In this document: positions 26,680 through 39,981 of the stretch, piece after piece | Numbering within the stretch: the first letter of the stretch is position 1 | How the letters are laid out: every line of letters begins with the position of its first letter | Origin: Eledone cirrhosa | Lineage: Eukaryota | DNA length: 64,000 bases | Direction of reading: 5' to 3' | Assembly: GCA_964016885.1 (NCBI GenBank) | Contig: OZ024741.1 | Location: 222,394,001-222,458,000, forward strand | Translations under genes and position numbers: made by a program | The notes under the pieces: model-generated | What the model was told of the DNA's origin: nothing | The model's database searches: none | Seen by the model: only the letters and a program-made list of their open reading frames with translations

Positions 26680-28488
26680 GATGGAATCTTGACAATTGGA
26701 ACCTGGAACATTAAAACCCTTATCGGCAAGGAGCAGGAACTAGTGAAGAAGACTAGATGCTACTAGCTAGATATAGTCAGGGTCTCCTCAACAAAGTTCC
26801 ATTGCTCTGATAGGTCCAGGGCAACCTACAGGATAAAGTGGGAAGCATTGGTGGATAAGGAAGTCAGGGCCATGTATGCAGATACGATTGCATCAAAATT
26901 CAGAGAACTCCTTGAGCAAACCTAGGATGTTGAGCTAGAATGGAGATTGTTCAGCACAGCCGTTTCTGCTTCAGTTAGGACATGGGAGCATGTTAAAAGC
27001 CTTAAATAGAGAAGTTATTCTCTGGCTGACTCTGGAAAGGCACCTAAGCAATGGCAATTGGGAGTGATAATCCCAATTTTCAGAAAGGGAGACAAGACAG
27101 ATTGTTCCTATTACAGAAGGATCTCCTTGTTAACCCTCCCCGGTAAAGCCTATGCTAAATGTCTGGAAAGGAGATGCAGGAAGATTGTCGAGTCCAGGCT
27201 AGCAGATGAACAGTGCAGTTTACGCCCTGGATGCAGCACAGCCAACCAAATATTTACACTGTGGCAGGTCTTCGAGAAATCATGGGAGTATTGCCAAGAG
27301 ATATATTCTTGTTTTATTGACCTAGAATAGGCATATGACCACGTTCCTCAGGAGCTGCTGTGGAAGGTTCTACAGGAGTATGGGATCGATGGTCAGCTTC
27401 TTACTGCCCTGATGTCTCTATACAAATACCTGAGTACTTGTGTTTGGATAAATGGTGCTAAATCAAAACCATTCAATGTGGGATTTGGAATCTGCCAAGG
27501 GTGCATACTGTCATCTCTCCTGTTCATTATTTACATGAACAAGGGCGGTGCATTGGCAGTATCGGTAGAGCATCAGTCACCATGCTTTGTGGCATAGAGT
27601 CCTTTCCATTCTGAGTTCAAATCCCGCCAAGGTTAAATTTGCCTTTCATCTTTACGGGGTTGATAAATAAAGCACCAGTAATGCACTGGGATTGATTTAA
27701 TCTACTTTCCCCTCACCCCAAAAGATTACTGGCCTTGTGTCTATAGTAGAAATAATTATTTACATGAACAGGATTGGCATGCACAGTTGGATTGGAAGTG
27801 CTATTATGACTGGTGAGGTAAAATCAGTTGGCTACAATTTGCAGACAACATAGTGTTACTTAACTCGACAGAAGGTGATCTCTGCCTTGCACTTGATAGA
27901 TTTGATGCTGAGTGCTGCATGGCTGGAATAAAATCAGTGCTGCAAAAATTGAGATACTCACCCTCTCCAGGAAGCCTGCGCAGTGCACTCACTCTACATA
28001 TGAATGGAGTTCCACTGAAGCAGGTGGAGAAGTTCAAGTATATTGGGGTTGTGTTCATGAGCGATGGAAGGCAGGAGGCTGAATTGCAGAAGCTCATGCA
28101 GTAATGCGCCAGCTTTAGCATTCAGTAATCAGAAGAAGGAAGGTGGGCAAAGAAGCCAAACTCACTATCTTCAATTCGGTATTCGTGCCAACCTTTACCT
28201 ATGGTCATCAATCTTGGGTAATGACCAAAAGAATACAATAAAGTGTGTAACTTGGAGATCTCCAAATTGAGAGATCTCAGAACTGATACTATGGGCATGT
28301 GGTTAGAATGTCTCAGGAAATAATCATTGGACAGATTTTACAAGCAAAACCAACTGGCAGGAGACCCAGGAGTAGACCCCAAGCAAGATCTTGCTTCTGA
28401 CAGAACCTGCTGGAAGGACTGTTTGAGGACTGCCTCCACGACCCTCTCAAGAAGAAGAAGAAGAAGAAGAAGAAGAAGAAGAAGAAGA
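26680..28488 (+). mobile_element. RTE-clade (Expander/Rex3-like) LINE, deleted and decayed
   Basis: IGTWNIKTL, IIPIFRKGDKTDCSYYRRISLL, FIDLE*AYDHV, QGCILSSLLF, LQFADNIV, QVEKFKYIG; (GAA)n tail. Confidence 0.9.
27542..27754 (+). mobile_element. Full SINE A with 16-bp TSD
   Basis: ATTATTTACATGAACA at 27526-27541 and 27755-27770. Confidence 0.9.
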
Positions 28489-28884
28489 GTTTAAATCCGA
28501 TCCTTCATATTTACTGGCCTTGTGCCTAAATTAGAAAATTAGAAATCAATATTTTATCTCACACCCTCTGATATTCCCTCTTCATGACCATAAATTACAT
28601 TAGCTTTGAGCAAGTTCTGACAACTCCTTTTAACTCTTTCATTACCATATTTCTCATGAAATACACTGTATTTGAATTGATTAATGAAGAATTTGAATAG
28701 TATTTGTAAAATAATTTTACAAAAGATTTTTATATCAAATTATGGTGTAAGAATTTAATCTGAATAGTGGTCTGTTTCATAGAACCAGAGGTGGTTTGGG
28801 ACAGGTCAGTGTCAGAAGGGTTAAAGGTGAATGTCTCTTAAGCCACATGGAGCTTTTAGGATTGATTGTTGTTGTAGTTTAAAC

Positions 28885-29125
28885 CCACTGTAATGTATTG
28901 GTCTCATGCTCATAAGGTCACAGGTTTGATCCCAAGATAAAGCAGCATATTGTGTTCTTGAGCAAGACATTTTATTTCATATTAAACCTAGTTTACTCAG
29001 CTGAAATATAGGTACCTGCAGTTGTTGAAGGTTAACCTTGTAATAAACTGGCATTCCATCCAGAGGATAGTCTTGTACTTTCAGTCCCTTAATATCACAT
29101 GAAACTGGGATAGGCTCTAACCCAA
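28885..29125 (+). mobile_element. Old tRNA-derived SINE with conserved central domain
   Basis: GGTTTGATCCC B-box-like, CTTGAGCAAGACA, AACCTTG..ACTGGCATTCCATCCAG. Confidence 0.55.
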
Positions 29126-31459
29126 TCAGACTTAAACTTTTAACTGTTAACGTACTGCATCACATGAAACACATTTGCAAAACATTCTTGAAAAGTACTA
29201 AACAGCACTATGACTGCACCATATTAACAATTAGTCTTTACTTTAAGTCATTGCAAATTTCCACGACGATTTGTCCACTAGCAAAGATACTATAAACATT
29301 TGAATTAACAAATGTTTTAAGATATTTTCTGCAAAACCATAACAAGAGTTATGCCTTTACTCTACTACTGTAATGATCTGTCTTCTAATAAAGATACTAT
29401 AAACATTTGAATTAACGAACCTGCTTTCAGATATTTTCTGTGAAATCAATACAGGATGTTAAGAGTTCAATAATAGTCCTGATGGAGCAAACTTCTTCAA
29501 ATTATAATATAGAAGTTCCTTCATTTGGCAGCTGCCTAGTTCAGGTGGATGGGAGACAAATTTCTCATCTCACATTATATAGAGTTCAACCATAACCCTT
29601 TTTTTTTAGGGAGATGGGAGGGGTTGAAGAATGAGAATTAAACAAAGGTTACTGGCTATTCTAATAACTTCTCTGGAGACTACATGGAAAGGACCACCAT
29701 CAGCTTTGATGATGAGTGCTCCTGTTGTTTGGTAGAACCATGTGTAGTTTCAGACAGTTTTGAGTAGTGAATCCCACTGACATGAAGGGAGAGAATGGAA
29801 ACTATGATGTACATCACTTTATATGGTTGTTAATGGAATAAGGGAAGTGGTCAAGATCAACAATTGAAACCTTGAAGACTTTGTTTGATGGAAGCTTAGC
29901 ACACAGACACATAGATACATTAATACATACATATTCTGGTATACAAGTTGATCCAGTGCATAGGTCACCCCTAAAATTATGAGGTGTAATTCAGGTTTAG
30001 GCCTATATTCGCCAGATAAGACGACCCCCCCCCCCAAAAAAAAAGGGTAGTACCAGCCCTAGATGTGCTTGCCATTCTTTATTTGCACAAAATATAAAAC
30101 ATGGAAATAACCACTATAGTTATAAAATAGTTATAAAAACACTTTAGTTGCAAATGAGTTTTAAATCACTGAGTAAACCAGCCTAGCCTAACCTTAACGA
30201 ACCTATGGTAACCTACCCTATGAGCTACGGCAAGTCATTGATAGTATTATAATCTCTATGTTAAATGGACTTAACAAATATGAGATTCAGTAGGAAATAA
30301 TTGTGGTGGGCTGCTAGAGTTATGGTAAGTGGTGTACAGCGAGTGTTAGGCAGGCAGTTTCACTGTTTACGCCTCAGTTGTAAAGGTTCCCATTTTATAC
30401 TCAGCAGACAAGTTGGAGAGATGGTTTTAGGCTCCAAATGTCGACTTGTGTGCCAGCATATACTGTACATACATATATACATACAAACACGATGGCTGCC
30501 TCCTCGTTATCGAGTATGGCCATTGTACGATATACCATTATTAATAATTATTAATTAATTCTATTGTGCAATGTCTGTGCATGAAGATATGTTTTAAAGT
30601 GAGGAAAGACTGTGCACTGAGCCAATCCCACTCTCTGAGCGACAGTAGCTATAACCCGAAAAGAAGAAAAGATCAACATCATCGGTAACTACTGAGCCGC
30701 AGGTTTTATATCGGAGTTATCCCAGTTTCCTGAGTTGCCTTCTCCTAGAAAAATGCCCTGACAAAGGCTAGGGGTCCTTCACTCCCAGTGGTTTAATCGC
30801 ACGGTACATGTGTATATACATATTTACACACTTTTGGATGGCTGTTGACTCTTATGAGTTCTTCCGCCCTTTGTCAAAATCACCCTCCTCACCAAGTAAA
30901 CTTGGTGGGGTTGCCGGTTTAGTCACCAACGACCTGACCATGCGACAGGTTGTACTCGGTTACATGTTACCAGTAGCATACAAACATACATACATACATA
31001 CATACATACATCACACACAAACACACACACACAAATAATACATGCACACAAACACACACACATATATATGATATGTATGTCAGTTTTGATGATTAGTGTT
31101 CCAGTTGTTTGATCAGTGAAACAGCCTACTTGTGAAATTGATGTGGAAGTAGCTGAGCATTCCATGGACATGTGTATCCTTAGAATAATTCACAAGATCA
31201 TTTGGCCATGCTACATCCATAAGGTGAATATATAACATGATCAAAGACTATTAATGTTGATGATGATGGTGGTGATAATGAGGACAACAACAATGATGAT
31301 GGTGATGATGGTGATGATTATAAGGCCCTAGAGATCATAACAGCTTTCAATCATTAAGGTTGACTAGCAGTGATACCTGTTATAAAATATCACTGATAAA
31401 ATAGTTACATTGGAAACTGGAGGAATTAATTTTGTCTAGACAGAATGTATGTATATATA

Positions 31460-32560
31460 CAGGAAACAAGTGCTATCAAATTCTGGGAAGGCTTGGTAGA
31501 AACAGAAGACAGCTTCTGCTACCTGGGTGACCAAATTAGCAGTGGAGGGGGTGTTCTGAAAGTACAGTAGCCAGAGTAAGAACAGGATGGAAGAAATTCA
31601 GAGAGCTGCTACTACTACTACTAGCTACAAAAGGTCTTTCCCTCAAGATGAAAGACAGACTGTATTATGTGTGTATACAAACAGCAATGTTGCATGGTAG
31701 CAAGACATGACTTACGTAGATAGGAAAGAAATGAAGCTTGCATGTTCCAATGCATGTATAATAGTAATATATGTGAATGGCAAAGCATAAATGAACTGTG
31801 AAGGATGACAGCTATATAAAAAGGTGCAGAGTGCTCAAAGTCAATGGACACCTTGGAGTGGCGAGACTCAGGTAGACTTGGGACGAGGTGATAAAAGCTG
31901 ATCTCACCTAATTGTACCACTCAAAGGTGATGACACAAGACTGAGATCTTTGGCGATATGTGGTAATATGGAAAACCTAAATTCCCATGGGCACAGGCCG
32001 TACCTGAAGCATATATATATAGTATGCCCCATCCCACCCACTCCCAAACATCTCCCATGAGGACAAGCTGAAGTTACATCCAGTGAAATCTTTAGTCCAC
32101 ACTCTAAAGTTTTTGTGTTGGTGACTTGGCAAAAAGCACCCGGCCCACACTGTACAGTGGTCGAGTAGGTGTCATGGCAAAAAGCACCCAGTCCACACAG
32201 TAAAGTGGTCATGTAGGTGTCACAACAAAAAGCACCCAGTCCACACAGTAAAGTGGTCATGTATGGCAAAAAGTGCCCGGCCCATACTATAAAGTAGTCA
32301 TGTGGGTGTCACGGCAAAATTACCCAGTCTTCACTGTAAATTGGTTGCATAGGTGTCATGACAAAAAGCACCCAGTACTCACTGTAAATGAGGTTGGTGC
32401 TAGGAAGGGCATCCAGCTGTAGAAACCCAAATTGGTTCTGTATGAGTATGACTTGGTCACCTGAGCTAGCATTGCTCACAACAGGATAACTCAGCTAACC
32501 CAAGCCAACATGCAAAAGTGGGCGTTAAACGGTGATGAGGATGATGATGATGATGATGAT
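31460..32560 (+). mobile_element. RTE 3' portion with tandem ~40-bp repeats in the 3' UTR
   Basis: ARVRTGWKKFRELL...MLHGS; same family as 56024-56960; (GAT)n tail. Confidence 0.85.
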
Positions 32561-33529
32561 ATATATATATATCTATGTATGTGTGTATCATCTTCATCAT
32601 CATTATCATTTAACGTCCATTTTCCCTGTTAGCAAGAGTTTGTCAGGTCTTCACAGGCTGGTCAGTACTCAGAACTCAAGCAAAACCACCAACTTCCAGG
32701 TAGGCCCAATACAATGCTGCACTCTAATGAATGAATTTTATCATGACATCAACACTAGGGAACTTGTCATGTCCCTAATAAAGCTGAAGTGTTCTCCTTT
32801 TGTTTAGCATCATCATTATCATCATTATCACTGTTTAACGTCTATTTTCATACTAGCATGGGTTAGATGAATTGTCTCATGAGACAAGTCAGATCAGGTG
32901 ACTGTGTCTTGCTCATACAGAATTGTTTCTGGCTTGGTTTCTACAGCTGGATGCCCTTCCTAACACCAATCTCATTTACAGCATCAACTGGGTGCTTTTT
33001 ATTGTGGCATCAAAACAACCGACAGGTTGGACTGGGTACTTTTTGATTGTGTCACCAGCACGACCACCTTACAAGGTGAATTGAGTGCTTTTTGTTGTGT
33101 CATCAACACAGCCACGTTACAGGTTGGGTTGGGTGCTTTTTTGCTGTGTCACCAACACAACCACATATATATATATGTGTGTGTGTGTGAATATATATAT
33201 ATATCCAGTTTAGAATAAGCACCCCATATTCCTGTGTGTCGTAAGAAGCGACTAAAAGGGTTGGTACCAGGAAGTGTATCTTGCCTCTAAAGGTCCTGTT
33301 GAACTGAAGCCAGCATAGAAAAGTCAATGTAAAAATGATGATGATGATGATGATGAAGATATAAATGTGTGTGTGTGAGTTTGTGAGTATGGAAAAGGCT
33401 GTTGATTTGGCAGAGTCGGTAGAGTGTATATAAGACAAGCTGTAGGTTTAAAACTACAGTTTAAAAGCCTTAATGAAAATTTACACAAATCTGTCATATA
33501 TATCTGTTTATGTTAGTGTATCTAGAAGT

Positions 33530-33616
33530 CATCACCATCCTTATGATCATCATCACCATCACCATCATCAGCAGCAGCACCATCAACATCATCATCATGA
33601 TCTACATCATCATCAC

Positions 33617-33657
<41 letters not shown>

Positions 33658-33904
33658 CAACATCATCACCACTACCACCACCAGCACCACCATCATCTTC
33701 ATCACCACCACCACCACCACCACCACCATCTTAATCATCATCCCAACATCATCACCACCACCACCAACATCATCACCATCATCATCATACTCATCATCAC
33801 CATCATCATCATCATCATCATCACTATCATCATCATCACCATCATCATCATACTCATCACCATCATCATCATCATCATCATCATCACCATCATCATCATC
33901 ATCC

Positions 33905-33936
<32 letters not shown>

Positions 33937-34318
33937 ACCTCATCATCAATATCACCATCATCATCATCATCATCATCCCAACATCATCATCAACTTCATC
34001 AAGCTCATCTTTATTATCACCATCACCATCATCATCATCATTATCACCATCATCATCACCATCATCATCATCCTCATTATCATCACCATCATCATCATCA
34101 TTATCATCATCTTCAACATCCTCATCATCATCGTCATCATCATCACCACCACCACCACCACCACCATCAACCACCATCATCATCATCACCACCACCACCA
34201 CCACCACCACCATCCGCCACCATCATCATCATCATCATCATCACCACCACCACCACGAACCACCACCATCACCATCATCATCATCATCATCACCACCACC
34301 ACCATCACCACCACCACC

Positions 34319-34352
<34 letters not shown>

Positions 34353-34510
34353 TCATCACCACCACCACCATCACCACCACCACCACCACCACCACCACCA
34401 TCCTCATCATCATCAACACCACCACCACCACCAACCACCACGAACCACCATCATCACCATCATCATCATCATCATCATCACCACCACCACCACCACCACC
34501 ACGAACCACC

Positions 34511-34544
<34 letters not shown>

Positions 34545-34577
34545 TCACCACCACCACCACCACCACCAACCACCACC

Positions 34578-34608
<31 letters not shown>

Positions 34609-34675
34609 CCAACCACCACCATCATCATCATCACATCACCATCATCACCATCCTCACCATCATCATTATCATCAT
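33530..34675. repeat. 1.1-kb (CAT/CAC)n tract
   Basis: Direct; accounts for the 487-aa poly-H/T/S/I ORF. Confidence 0.95.
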
Positions 34676-34890
34676 ATTTATATTCACTTCTTCATGCTTG
34701 AATGTGTAGAACCTGTCTTTTCACTTGCTGCATTCTTTCACCATCTTCTCCACGATGTTTGGTGTTTCCAGATCCACTTTCACTACTTTCACCATCTTCT
34801 CCACGATGTTTGGTGTTTCCAGATCCACTTTCACTACTTTCGCCCAGATTTTCCTTGGATTTCTTCTAATTCAGCTTCCTTCCACTTGGA
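34665..34890 (-). mobile_element. RTE 3' end with internal 51-bp tandem duplication
   Basis: VEGS*IRRNPRKIWAKVVKVDL; duplicated unit at 34737 and 34788. Confidence 0.6.
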
Positions 34891-35204
34891 AATGGTTATT
34901 TCTTTTTCTTTTTTTCTTTTTGGCAGTAAGGTGTGATTAACAAAAAAAAGTTAGCTCCTATTTCTAGCCAGTTAAGTTACCATGTAAAGTCCTCAGGTCT
35001 GGCACTAACATCTGTTAATATATCTCTAAGACTTCCTTTAAATTTAGTGAGACTTTGAAGCATGAAAGCAGACATTTTTTCACAAATATTTATGTAAATA
35101 TGAAGTGATTAACCATCAGAGGTGTCAGCCATCTCAACATACCAGACTGATTGATTATGGTAAATGAATTACTTGGAATACTTTGATATCAGAATTGTTT
35201 GTGG

Positions 35205-35206
<2 letters not shown>

Positions 35207-35236
<30 letters not shown>

Positions 35237-35470
35237 TGTATGTATGTATGTATGTATGTATGTGTGTATGTATGTGTGTATGTATGTATGTATGTATGTA
35301 TGTATGTATGTATGTATGTGTGTATGTATGTGTGTATGTATGTATGTATGTATGTATGTGTGTATGTATGTATGTATGTATGTGTGTGTGTGTATGTGTG
35401 TATGTATGTATGTATGTATGTATGTATGTATGTATGTGTGTGTGTATGTATGTATGTATGTATGTATGTA

Positions 35471-35501
<31 letters not shown>

Positions 35502-35604
35502 ATGTATGTATGTATGTATGTATGTATGTATGTATGTATGTGTGTATATGTGTATGTATGTATGTATGTTTGTATGTATGTATGTATGTATGTATGTATG
35601 TATA

Positions 35605-35635
<31 letters not shown>

Positions 35636-35660
35636 ATGTGTGTGTATTTGTAAGTGTGTG
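35207..35660. repeat. (TATG)n microsatellite
   Basis: Direct; another on the opposite strand at 60775-60850. Confidence 0.95.
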
Positions 35661-35906
35661 TGTGAGAGAGATGGGTGTTTTATTTGCTATTTAAAAAATC
35701 TGGAGTAATAAAATAAAATGAAAAAAAATGCAAACATTTTGTTTTAATAATTAATGCCATTAATAATATCGGAGTTTCTTCTAATCAACTGAGAGTTGTC
35801 TGTGATATATTCACATTACTAATGTTTACATTACACAACACAACAGTAATTCAACTTATATTATGGTACTGTTAATACTATAGTACTGTTAATACAAGAC
35901 TATTGT

Positions 35907-36112
35907 GAAGGTGCGTGGCTTTGTGGTTAGGATATTCAGCTGACAATTGTATGGTCATGAGTTCGATTCCTGGTGGCGCATTGTGCCCATGAGCAACACA
36001 CTTTATTTCACATTGCTCCAGTCTACACTGCTGGCAAAAATGAGTTGTATCTGTAATTCAAAGGATCAGCCTTGTCACACAGAGTCACACTGAATCTCCC
36101 TGAGAATTACGT
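35907..36112 (+). mobile_element. tRNA-headed SINE (family C), 3'-truncated
   Basis: A box TGGCTTTGTGG, B box GAGTTCGATTCC. Confidence 0.8.
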
Positions 36113-36802
36113 AATAGGTAATATTCTCCTATTTGCCGGTTTAAAAATTTACCACGTAAATTTGCCGTTGAAAACTGCGCATTTATTCAGAATGCTTATT
36201 TCTTTGGTCGCTGGCCTCTTGACCCTTCCAGGTCAAGGCATTCTCAACATCAACTTCGGCTGTTATTTCTAGCACTTTGCGCAACTCATTTTTTCTGAAA
36301 ATTTTTTTTACTGTGAATTTAAACATCGAATACGCTCACTCCGCGAGACAACAACATCAACAGCAACACAGCTTCATCAACAACCAAAACCAGCAGAACA
36401 AGCCAGAGAATTTATTTTTGCAGCACTCTTCCTGTGAGAAAATCCATTCGGAGGTTGGAAATTTCACGTTATACCACAGAACAGAAACCACCTGCATTCA
36501 TTCTCTGGAACACACTTTCTTTCCTGCTGTCATATGATTGCACACCTGTGAACTGTATTTTGAACTTTGAGCTCTTCTCTTACTTTCATTACATTGTATC
36601 TTTGGGTGATGGATAGTTAGAAATCCAGTCGTTCTCTGGCCAACAGCGGTTGGCTACCATCATTGATATTTGCAAACATTTTTTTTTTTCGTAATTTTCA
36701 TGCCTGTTACAACATTCTCGCCAACTTACTACATACATATTTCATTCGATTTTTATATTTTAAAAGTCTGGCGGGAGATAATGTAGCAGGAGTTGCCTCC
36801 CT

Positions 36803-37230
36803 TGTTGTGACACTCACATCCCCAATATATTAACGCTCTCTAGACAGGAAGTAGAACCCTTTCTGTAACTTCCGGTCAGAACCCTATAAAACTAATAACG
36901 TTAAGCTCCCTATCTCTCATTTGCCTTTTCGGCTCCTGGCCTTCGCCAGGCAACCAAACGGTAACTAATAACTTTATTTCATTCTCTCGCCTCCTGAATT
37001 CCAAAGTGGTAACACCTGCGACCTTAGCATGAGATGATTCCTTTCTCATAATCCTTCGCCACCAAGAAGAATGCAACCGGCAGCCTAAGAGCCTAAGAAG
37101 ATGTTAACACCTCCTAGAGAAGATCTCTGTTCTTCTCTACACACTTCAGCCTAGGAGTTGTGATCCACGGGTAATGATTCATTTATATTAATCCCTTTGA
37201 CTTCTATGAAGTAAAAACATTATCACAACA
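36803..37230. mobile_element. Possible solo LTR
   Basis: 428 bp bounded by TGTTGTGA...TCACAACA; internal TATAAAA; no TSD seen. Confidence 0.4.
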
Positions 37231-37290
37231 CACACCGGCATTTATTGTCTTTTGTAATAACTTTATATGTACACGATACTAATCTCCTAA

Positions 37291-38560
37291 AGTACTATTA
37301 ATACAACACTATAGTACTGTTAATGGTAACTATAGTACTGTAAATGCTACACTATAGTACTGTTAATACAATACTATAGTACTGTTGATACAACACTATA
37401 GTACTGTTAATACAACACTATAGTACTGTTAATGCTAACTATAGTACTGTAAATGCAACACTATAGTACTGTTAATACAATACTATAGTACTGTTGATAC
37501 AACACTATAGTACTGTTAATACAACACTATAGTACTGTTAATACAACACTATAGTACTGTAAATGCTACACTATAGTACTGTTAATACAATACTATAGTA
37601 CTGTTGATACAACACTATAGTACTGTTAATACAACACTATAGTACTGTTAATGCTATACTATAGTACTGTTGGTACAACACTATAGTACTGTTAATACAA
37701 CACTATAGTACTGTTAATACAACACTATAGTACTGTTAATACAACACTATAGTACTGTTAATGCTACACTATAGTACTGTTAATACAGCACTATAGTGCT
37801 GTTAATGCTACACTATAGTACTGTTAATGCTACACTATAGTACTGTTAATGCTACACTATAGTACTGTTAATGCTACACTATAGTACTTTGATACAACAC
37901 TATAGTACTGTTAATGCTACACTATAGTACTTTGATACAACACTATAGTACTGTTAATACAACACTATAGTACTGTTAATACAACACTATAGTACTGTTA
38001 ATGCTACACTATAGTACTGTTAATGCTACACTATAGTACTGTTAATACAACACTATAGTACTGTTAATACAACACTATAGTACTGTTAATACTACACTAT
38101 AGTACTGTTAATGCTACACTATAGTACTGTTAATACAACACTATAGTACTGTTAATACAACACTATAGTACTGTTAATGCTACACTATAGTACTGTTAAT
38201 GCTACACTATAGTACTGTTAATACAGCACTATAGTGCTGTTAATACAACACTATAGTGCTGTTAATACAATACTATAGTACTGTTAATACAACACTATAG
38301 TACTGTTGATACAACACTATAGTACTGTTAATGCTACACTATAGTACTGTTAATACAACACTATAGTACTGTTAATGCTACACTATAGTACTTTGATACA
38401 ACACTATAGTACTGTTGATACAACACTATAGTACTGTTAATGCTACACTATAGTACTGTAAATGCTACACTATAGTACTTTGATACAACACTATAGTACT
38501 GTTGATACAACACTATAGTACTGTTAATGCTACACTATAGTACTGTAAATGCTACACTAT
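37291..38560. repeat. 22-bp minisatellite, about 57 copies
   Basis: Unit CTATAGTACTGTTAATACAACA with a few recurrent variants. Confidence 0.97.
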
Positions 38561-38704
38561 GCTAGTGTTTGTCATATCTACACTATGCTATTGTTTGTTA
38601 TATCTACATTTCGTGATAGTATTGTTTACATTATAATACACAACAATGCCCACACTACACTGTGCAACTATTATCACTACACTATATTATACTATTGTTT
38701 ACTC

Positions 38705-38866
38705 CAGACATGGGTAACCTTTATTGAGCTGTGGCTGCACAGGATGTGAATGATCATAAGGCGGGCCAAGTACTAAAGAATTCAAGGCAATGTTGAAATT
38801 AGGCGTGCCATTCAGAAAGACAAATCAATTACATGCGGCTTGCGGGCTGCAATTTGTCCATGACTG
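38705..38866. mobile_element. hAT-type MITE
   Basis: CAGACATGGGTAA / TTGTCCATGACTG ends; 8-bp flanks GTTTACTC and GCTTACAC (6/8 match). Confidence 0.6.
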
Positions 38867-38972
38867 GCTTACACTAAACTATAAAACATCACTCCCAGCA
38901 CACTATATAGTACTGTTCACACTATAACTCTACAATTATATTATAGAGGGACAGACAAAGAGAATGAGAAAA

Positions 38973-39002
<30 letters not shown>

Positions 39003-39006
<4 letters not shown>

Positions 39007-39309
39007 GGTGTGGGATGCTTAAAGCGTCCGTATACGGTAGGCCGTTTGAGCACTCGATGCTCTTACAGAGCAGAGTATAATATCACATAAGAAACAGAGA
39101 ATCAGTGGTGCAACGAATAAGATTTATTAGACATATTACAATCGTTTCTCTGGCGACCAGCTCGAGGCACGATTAATGCAATGATCAAACCTGATTCTGA
39201 AATCGATCATTGCATCGATATGCCTCGAGCTGGTTGCCAGAGAAACGATTGTAATATGTTTAATAAATCTTATTCGTAGCACCACTGATTCTCCATTTCT
39301 TATGTGATA
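39003..39309 (-). mobile_element. Inverted-repeat Penelope-like mini-element in (TA)n
   Basis: About 105-bp arms 39081-39186 and 39205-39309; hammerhead 3' half GAAAC-GAUU-GUA; TTATACTC..GAGTGC on the minus strand. Confidence 0.7.
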
Positions 39310-39334
39310 TAGATATATATATATATATATATAT

Positions 39335-39531
39335 AAAACGAAGAAGTTGTGGTAAGGAACCAGATGGACCATAATGCACCAGAGTACTCAATACTTAGGG
39401 TAGTAGAGTGGGTAATAGGAAAATGTATGACCCCGACAGCAGAGCTCAAGCCGTTTCGACGGTCATTTCTGGTCCAGAAATAGCTGTCGAAACGGCTTGA
39501 GCTCTGCCGTCGGGGTAATACATTTTCCTAT
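39335..39531 (-). mobile_element. Hairpin mini-element family X
   Basis: Arms 39416-39470 and 39475-39530 carry GAAACGGC...GCCGUC (hammerhead stem III plus GUC); relatives at 47358-47510, 49790-49862, 62094-62296. Confidence 0.7.
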
Positions 39532-39635
39532 ATGCCGACTAACTCACTCGATATGCAAATTAGGCTGCTCAGCCGTTAATATGCATAAGGAAAGTATATA
39601 CTTTCAGACGTTCAATCATCTGACAAAGGTATACA

Positions 39636-39672
39636 ATGCTGATGATAGCTAATAAGCTTGAAACTAGTACAT
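39636..39672 (+). ncRNA. Minimal type-I hammerhead ribozyme
   Basis: AUG-CUGAUGA-UAGCU-AAUA-AGCUU-GAAA-CUAGU-A/CAU; palindromic stem III ACUAGU; GUA triplet. Confidence 0.75.
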
Positions 39673-39941
39673 CGTTCCTGTGTCAGTGTTGAACAAAAGG
39701 GCGACGATGGTTGCCGAGCACTGTACGGCGTAATTCGGGCTGTTTGTTTACAAACAAACCGAACATTATAATAAATGTTCGGTAAACCGATACGTACATA
39801 TATATATGTGTGCATGTATGTATATATATACATACTACTGTACGTCTGTATACATATATGTATGTGCGTATACATACATACTTACATTTAAGTATCAGCC
39901 ATACTAAGAGTGAGAAATGAAATTTTGTTTCATTCTTTTCC

Positions 39942-39981
<40 letters not shown>

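Noticed and set aside
33473-34936. 487-aa His/Thr-rich protein
   Set aside because: Frame-shifting (CAT/CAC)n microsatellite running into an antisense RTE end.
37503-37510. SP6/T7 promoter-like CACTATAG (vector contamination)
   Set aside because: Only the last bases match; it is part of the native repeat with diverged flanking units.
37291-38560. CRISPR-like array
   Set aside because: The variable parts are about 10 nt and recur rather than being unique spacers; no cas genes; eukaryotic context.
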